A stretch of 64,000 nt of DNA from Azolla caroliniana (Eukaryota; Plantae; Polypodiophyta): the NCBI GenBank assembly GCA_043228905.1, contig JBHGNT010000022.1:186001-250000 (forward strand). Reading direction: 5' to 3'. Every line of letters starts with the position of its first letter. Positions within the stretch are counted from its first letter, which is position 1. The notes below the pieces were generated by a model, which saw nothing but the letters and a program-made list of their open reading frames with translations, made no database searches and was not told where the DNA came from. The position numbers and the translations under genes are program-made. Below are positions 58,201-64,000 of the stretch, piece by piece.

Positions 58201-59585
58201 CTCAAGTCGATTACATCAAACATGTCTTGGAACACTTTAACATGCAATCATCCAAATCTTTTTCGACCCCACTCTTAGTAAACCTTCGGCTGTCTCAGCA
58301 AGACTGCTTGACATCCAGTCCGGAAGGGGAAGATATGAAGTTGGTACAGTATGCACTGGCAGTAGGCTCCCTGATGGACACGATGGTCCCGACACGGCTG
58401 GACATTGTTCATGTCATAGGAGCTGTCAGTAGATTTATGCACAACCCTAGCCGATCGCACTAGAATGTAGTGCAACATGTGTTCAGATATTTGGTCTGAA
58501 CAAGAATTCAAGCATTGTTGACTACACCAACTTGGACTTTGCCGAATGCTTGGAAAACCAAATTCAACAATTGGCTACTTCTTCCGAATGGGCACTACAA
58601 CAATTTCGTGGAAGTCAAAACTTCAAGAGTGCATGGCCACATCAACGACCGAGGCCGAATATGTAGCCACATTCGATGCATCAAAAGAGGCCTTATGGCT
58701 TGGTCGGCTAGCATGCACATTTCGGCAAGCCGACGCCAATTCAGCTGTAGTGATATACAATGACAATTAGGGAGTTGTCGCCTTATCAAAGAACCTGGTT
58801 CACCACAATGCCTCAAAGCACATCGATGTTTGGTACCATTTTGTTCTAGACGGTGCCACTTCAGGAAAGCTTGGCCTTGAGAAGATATCTATGGCTGACA
58901 ATGTAGCAGATGGGATGACCAAATGTCTTCCCAGTGACCGATTCCGATCACTACAACACTAGATGGTTGTAAGGAAATATCACTCCGATTGAGACGGATA
59001 CAAGGAAGGTCTTAGAAAATCGGCTTTGACACCATCAAAATTGGTTTTTCGGTTCTCAAAAATCAGCACAACCGACTCGGCTTAGGCTATTGGGAAAGCC
59101 AGTCCGACCTTTGCTTTGTCGATTTGGCCACAAGCTAACTTGTCCAAACACCCCTTTATATAAATCTGTACTTTGTTTATTTTTCATTATAGATTTTTGT
59201 TGTATACACCCATTATGGGGGAGTGTCAAATACGGGGTATAATAGACGTATTCACACTATTCCACTTGGACAAACTAGGTTTAGGAAAATTTTGTAAATA
59301 TCGCAAAGGGGAGTTGCCCTAGTTCAATTTACATATAAACAGAACTTGTAACTTAGTTTGAGTGTGTGGTTGCCGTCATTCCTTTGTAACTTTGGGAATA
59401 ATACAGTTACATCCTTGTGCCTTTGAGTGTGTGTGTCTCTCTCTCACTTTGTCTTGGATCTTGATCTCTATTTAGTTGTTTTCTATTCGTTAATCTATTC
59501 ATCCTATTTATCTGTGAGCATCAACTTGTTGATCTCCATCACATAATGTTGTTTCTGTTCCGCACTGATCATCTCCTACACAACA
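55240..59585 (+). mobile_element. Decayed Ty1/Copia element with putative 3' LTR
   Basis: Gag (LMSSLPPSW, degenerate CCHC), protease (WLLNSDAS), GAG-pre-integrase (LWHGRLRHL..CEHC), integrase, RT (KARLVAKGF, LYVDDML) and RNase H (STTEAEY) in Copia order. PPT GGGGGAG at 59217-59223, then TGTCAA at 59224. The LTR right end is uncertain and no 5' LTR was found. Confidence 0.88.
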
Positions 59586-60081
59586 CAAAGGCACAATGAC
59601 CGTTTCTCATGATTCCACCAAACTGAGAGTTCTACCTTCGGTTTAGTACTTCCTATTTCTTTGTAATCACTTATTGTAAACCCTATTTTGAAAAGGGAAT
59701 ATCTTTGTAAACAATTTATTGGGGTTTTTCTCAATCTAAGAGTTTGTTATATTAAGAACAAGTAATTAGTCTTAATCCATGCTATCCTTGTTTAATCATG
59801 TCGAGTGGAGGGAAAGAGAGTGTAAAGGGTGATTCTTGGCGTCAGTAAGAAACCCATTCCTTGACGGGTTTTCTTGAAGGAATTTCTTGAAGGACTTATG
59901 CGAAATAATTCTCGAACGAGTTAAGGTTTCCTCGAACTAGAGTTTCATTGAACAAAGTTGTCCTTGAACCCAATTTCAAACCGACATTCTTGGAATTAAA
60001 TTCCCTAAAAGAGATACATCTCAAAAGGGTATTATAGGTGGGATACCTATGAAAGGTTCTATATCTTCTCTCATGGTATCA

Positions 60082-62860
60082 TGTCGTTGATAGTTCAGGT
60101 TCCTCATGATCATGCTCATGTAGCACATGCACACGTGTTTACGTTGTTGTGGCGTGGCTTGCCTAGAAGCGTAGCGTTGCGTAGACAAAAGATATCGTGA
60201 AAGTGAGGAAGGAATCACTGGGATTATGGATGGAAGAGACGAAAGAGTAGAGATAGAGTAAATAGAGATCAACAAGATATGACAAGATAGGATATTGAAT
60301 GATATTTGAAGGAATAAAAGAGATTTATAATTATTTGATGAAAGAGTTACAAAAGTGGTTGTAAGCGTCGTTGATCCTTCAAACTTGGTCTCACAAGATA
60401 ATCGCTCTTCTCTTTCTTGATAGTAGGCCACAACAATCTTCACTTCAATATTTTGATGAAGATAGGGCTCGAACCACCTCCCTCTTGTTGAGAGTTGACC
60501 ACCATGATCGCCAAGCTAGAGCTCCACCTTTATGTTGAACTTCTTCCTTTCTTTCTCTATTTTATTGTATCTCTTATGTAATATATATTTGATTGATATC
60601 TCATACTTCTTCCCTTTTGATCTTCTCTTTTACCCTTTAAATAGGTGCCCCCATGCATATGATGCATTGGAGGGTACAAGACATGCATGTGATGCATGAT
60701 CGCCATTTGGCATTCATGCATTACATGTGATGCATGATAAACATCTCGCTCATTTGAGCTTTTATGTATGAAACAATATATGCAATAACAATAAACATGA
60801 AAATATAATCTTAAAGAGAAATGACCTAGCCTAATGGTAGTTGTGTTGACTTTGGTGTATGAGGTTGTGGGTTTGAGTCTCAACATACAACTTTATTTTT
60901 ATATCATGAAGCAAATCGTTTATGTAATATAAAGTACGCTTTACTTTATGTATATTACTAGTATAGAGTAAATGGTAAGATTTGAGAGTCATGGGGTTAT
61001 TGGTTCAAGTCCTCTCTTGTTCGTGGAATATAATATATTTATCTATATATATATATATATATATTATTTTTCTTTACATATATATCTAATATTATCATAT
61101 GTGTTGTTAATATTATCTTTATATATAAAACATTATCAAATGTTATTTTAGTTACGTATTTATCTTATTGTAGACTTTTAATGTGAAGCTTTCGTACTTC
61201 ATGACATCCACCCGCTCTAGACTTGCACATCCTCCGGCATGTGCCACTATCTTTCATCTTCATGTTGATCTATTGGAGGAGGTTCAAGCTCAAACCTTTT
61301 CTTAAATACTTTTATCCTCTTTCTAGCTACCACGTTTAGGATTAGTGTCTCACCCAATTCACTAAGCTTATAAGTAAAGTTATCATATACTTTGCTTACT
61401 ATATAAGGCCCAAACCATCTTTCAGCGAACTTGCGGACGGTGCTATGTTGATTATCTAAACTGCTATCATACACGAGCACCCAATCTCCTTCTATTTTCT
61501 TAGGTCGAATTCTATGAGTTTTATCAAAACGAATTTTATTCTTTAGTCGAGCCTCCAATTGTTGGGCTGCTATTTCTATATCTTCAGGTCGACGCTCTAA
61601 TTGTTGAATTCGCAAAGCAAGTAATTCTTCTCTGCTCACCGCTTCTCTCCATGGAATAGATATCCATGACATAATTAATTCTTCTATCGACATGATGGGC
61701 TTTTGGCCAAGTATCAATTCAGTTGGCATGTATCCTGTTACTGAACTATGAGTTGTTCGATCCGCCCATAGTGCATAAGGTAGCATGCGTGGTCAATCTC
61801 TTATTTTACCTTTACAGCTTTTCACGATCGCCTTAACTATTGGGCTATGTCCTCTTTCAATCTTTTCCATTGGCTTCTGGATTATACGCAGCTGTAAGTG
61901 ATAATTTGACCCCTATTCGGCTGAAGAATTTCTCTAGCTTCATCAGAGTCGAGTTCTCCTCTATCTGCAATTATTTTACCAACACACCCGTGACGACATA
62001 TTACATCTTCTAACAAAAATTTACATACAGCTCTAGTTGTTTTTTGTCGTAGTGGTCTTCCTTCTACTTGGTTTGTAAGGTCTTCTCTTGCTAGTACTAA
62101 ATATCGCATTTGACCTTCCCCAAGTGGCATTGTCACTAGATCGACCATCCATTTATAATGCATTGATGATGAATATGTTGGTTTTAGCTCATCTCGATAT
62201 CGGATAGTTGAATACCTCTGGCAAACCTCACATGTTTCCACAAATTTCGTTACATCTTTATACATATGTGGCCACCAATACTTTTCTTTCAACTTCATAA
62301 ATGTCGCCCATATGCCTCTATGTCCTGCCCACAAACTAACATGGAATTCATTAATTAATTTTCTCTTAACGTCATCCTTACAAATGACTCGAAGAGGATT
62401 TTCGGTTGGCCTTTTTGGATGCCTCCATAAATGCCCTTCATGTAAAAAAAACTTGAATGCTCGTCTTCGAAATTCATTTAATTGTTTCTTCGACCATGAT
62501 GGGTTGGCTTCTTGAGTCTTTAGAAAATTTCCTATTTCTAACCATTGACCTTCATACTCTGTGTCTTTGAACATTATACTTACATTAAACTCATCACGAG
62601 GCGTAATAGATTCTTGATGAGCAAATTGATGGCTTGTAGTTGCCCAGTTCTTATCTTCAGTTTGCATCACCTTTTCATTTATGAACCTTGCCCTTGACAA
62701 CATATCTGCAACTGGGTTGTCTTTTCCCTTTATATGCCGCAATTCTGGGTTCATGGTTCTGATGTATGCAATCCACCAAAGCATTGCAATATCTGGTGTC
62801 GTGCAACTTGCTACCATTCCGATGAGTGGCAAACAATTTGTTTCAACCACAGCTTCTTCT
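60082..62860 (-). mobile_element. Ty3/Gypsy fragment D (RNase H end, integrase, PPT, 3' LTR), same lineage as B/C
   Basis: ORFs 61882-62860 and 61247-61786 align with B/C pol. PPT AGAGCGGGTGGA abuts TGTCAT at 61206. The LTR left end is proposed at TGTCGT 60082. Confidence 0.85.
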
Positions 62861-62891
62861 GTTGTCAATTGCTGCCGAACAACAAAGATTT

Positions 62892-63194
62892 GCTCTGATA
62901 CCAGTTGTTGATAACGAGTGCGATTTGCGGAAACGTGTATGGATTTGTTGTTGGTTCTGAATAACAAACAAAAAATAGAATAGGCGTGAACTTACATAGT
63001 GCAAGATCTACTGGAAAGCTTTATTACTTCGTTCTCACTCTCTCTTTGAGATACAATTCACAGTCAGTTCGACTTTGTATCACTCATCACTCTATACAAT
63101 GTTAGGTATTGTCTTATATACTAAGACCTAACTTATTGACGAGTTCGCACTCGGACGGATACTACTTGGAAGGAGTTGGCCTTTTATGCCAACA
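62892..63194 (-). mobile_element. Copia 5' LTR (62906-63194) with tRNA-iMet PBS
   Basis: TGTTG...CAACA termini; TGGTATCAGAGC at 62903-62892; related to the solo LTR at 2123-2417. Confidence 0.85.
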
Positions 63195-64000
63195 TTACAT
63201 AGCATAACACTCGCTTAGCACAGTACAAATTGATGTTGCTTGGTGTCTGCATAAACTAGCTAAGGATGCCGACTAGATAGTTGAGGTCAGGCTAAGTAAT
63301 GGTGAGATAGAAGAGGCTTTTGACTAGCTGACGATAGAAAGTTGGCTCACACTCATCTATGGCGGAATTTGCATTGAACCTTAGATTTCGATCGAGAGGG
63401 GTAGCGATGGGCTTACACTCTATCATCCCAAACTTGAAGAGAAGATTCAGAATATAGTGTCATTGGGAGATCACGATGTTGGCTGGAGACCGAATTACTT
63501 CTATCCCTAGAAAGTAATGTAGCTTCTTTATATCTGTCATTTTGAATCAAGCCAAGAGTAGCTCCTTGGTATGTTCGATATCCCTAATGTGCTCTCCTCT
63601 AAAGACCAGTTCGTCCACATAAATTATGATGAATAATTGTCCTCTGGAGTCATTATGGATGAATAGAGTTGGACATTTTGAAGTCGATTTGGTGAAGATA
63701 TTGGGTTATCTTCGATGCCATGCTCTCAATGCTTGCTTGAGTTTGTAGACAGGCTTCTTGAGTCGACAAACAGTAGTCAGATGCGTACTCGACTTAAATC
63801 CAGGTGGTTGTACCATGTACACCTCTTCTAACTCACCTTGGAGAAAGGCATTCTTCAGGTCTATTTGGTGGAGGTGTCATCCTTTGGCTATTGCAAGCGC
63901 AATCACGGTTCAGATGGTTCTCATCTTTGCCACTAGGGTAAAGGTCTCTTCGTAATCGAACCTGTGCGCTTGCTCATAGCCCTTTGCCACAAGTTGGGCC
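63195..64000 (-). pseudogene. Ty1/Copia reverse transcriptase remnant
   Basis: Minus strand translates to AQLVAKGYEQ...[28 protein letters not shown] and IIYVDELV with stops; interrupted by the LTR at 63194. Confidence 0.9.

Noticed and set aside
62860-62967. N-terminus of the 361-aa ORF
   Set aside because: Derived from Copia LTR/PBS sequence fortuitously in frame with the Gypsy remnant.

Overview
Eukaryotic, plant-type genomic DNA dominated by transposons; a non-seed land plant is likely, but that is inference from the retroelement lineages. There is one credible host gene: a two-exon RING-CH/RINGv membrane-anchored E3 ligase (minus strand, 15352-14328 + 13702-13489) with a 14-aa His/Asp repeat region. 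The rest is two LINEs (an L1-like copy with a 17-bp TSD and an RTE-X-like copy), Copia remnants and LTRs, minisatellites, a foldback element, and five Ty3/Gypsy elements. Gypsy elements: A (23083-44691) carries nested B and C; E (46158-54767) is young and lacks integrase; D (60082-62860) is a fragment. Three observations stand out. (1) The Athila/Tat-like elements A and E have no polypurine tract next to the 3' LTR. They instead carry a copy of a tRNA 3' half (T-arm, acceptor strand, CCA) with a palindromic insert in the T-loop, ending 2 nt from the LTR, which suggests tRNA- or tRNA-mimic-primed plus-strand synthesis. (2) The LTRs of B, C and D carry an antisense tRNA-like A-box/B-box cassette. 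(3) B and C share a G_GAT_TTT slippery site plus H-type pseudoknot placed between protease and RT, and a tRNA-Trp PBS; C has a 4-bp TSD. All alignments were done by eye, and tRNA identities come from recalled plant tRNA sequences.
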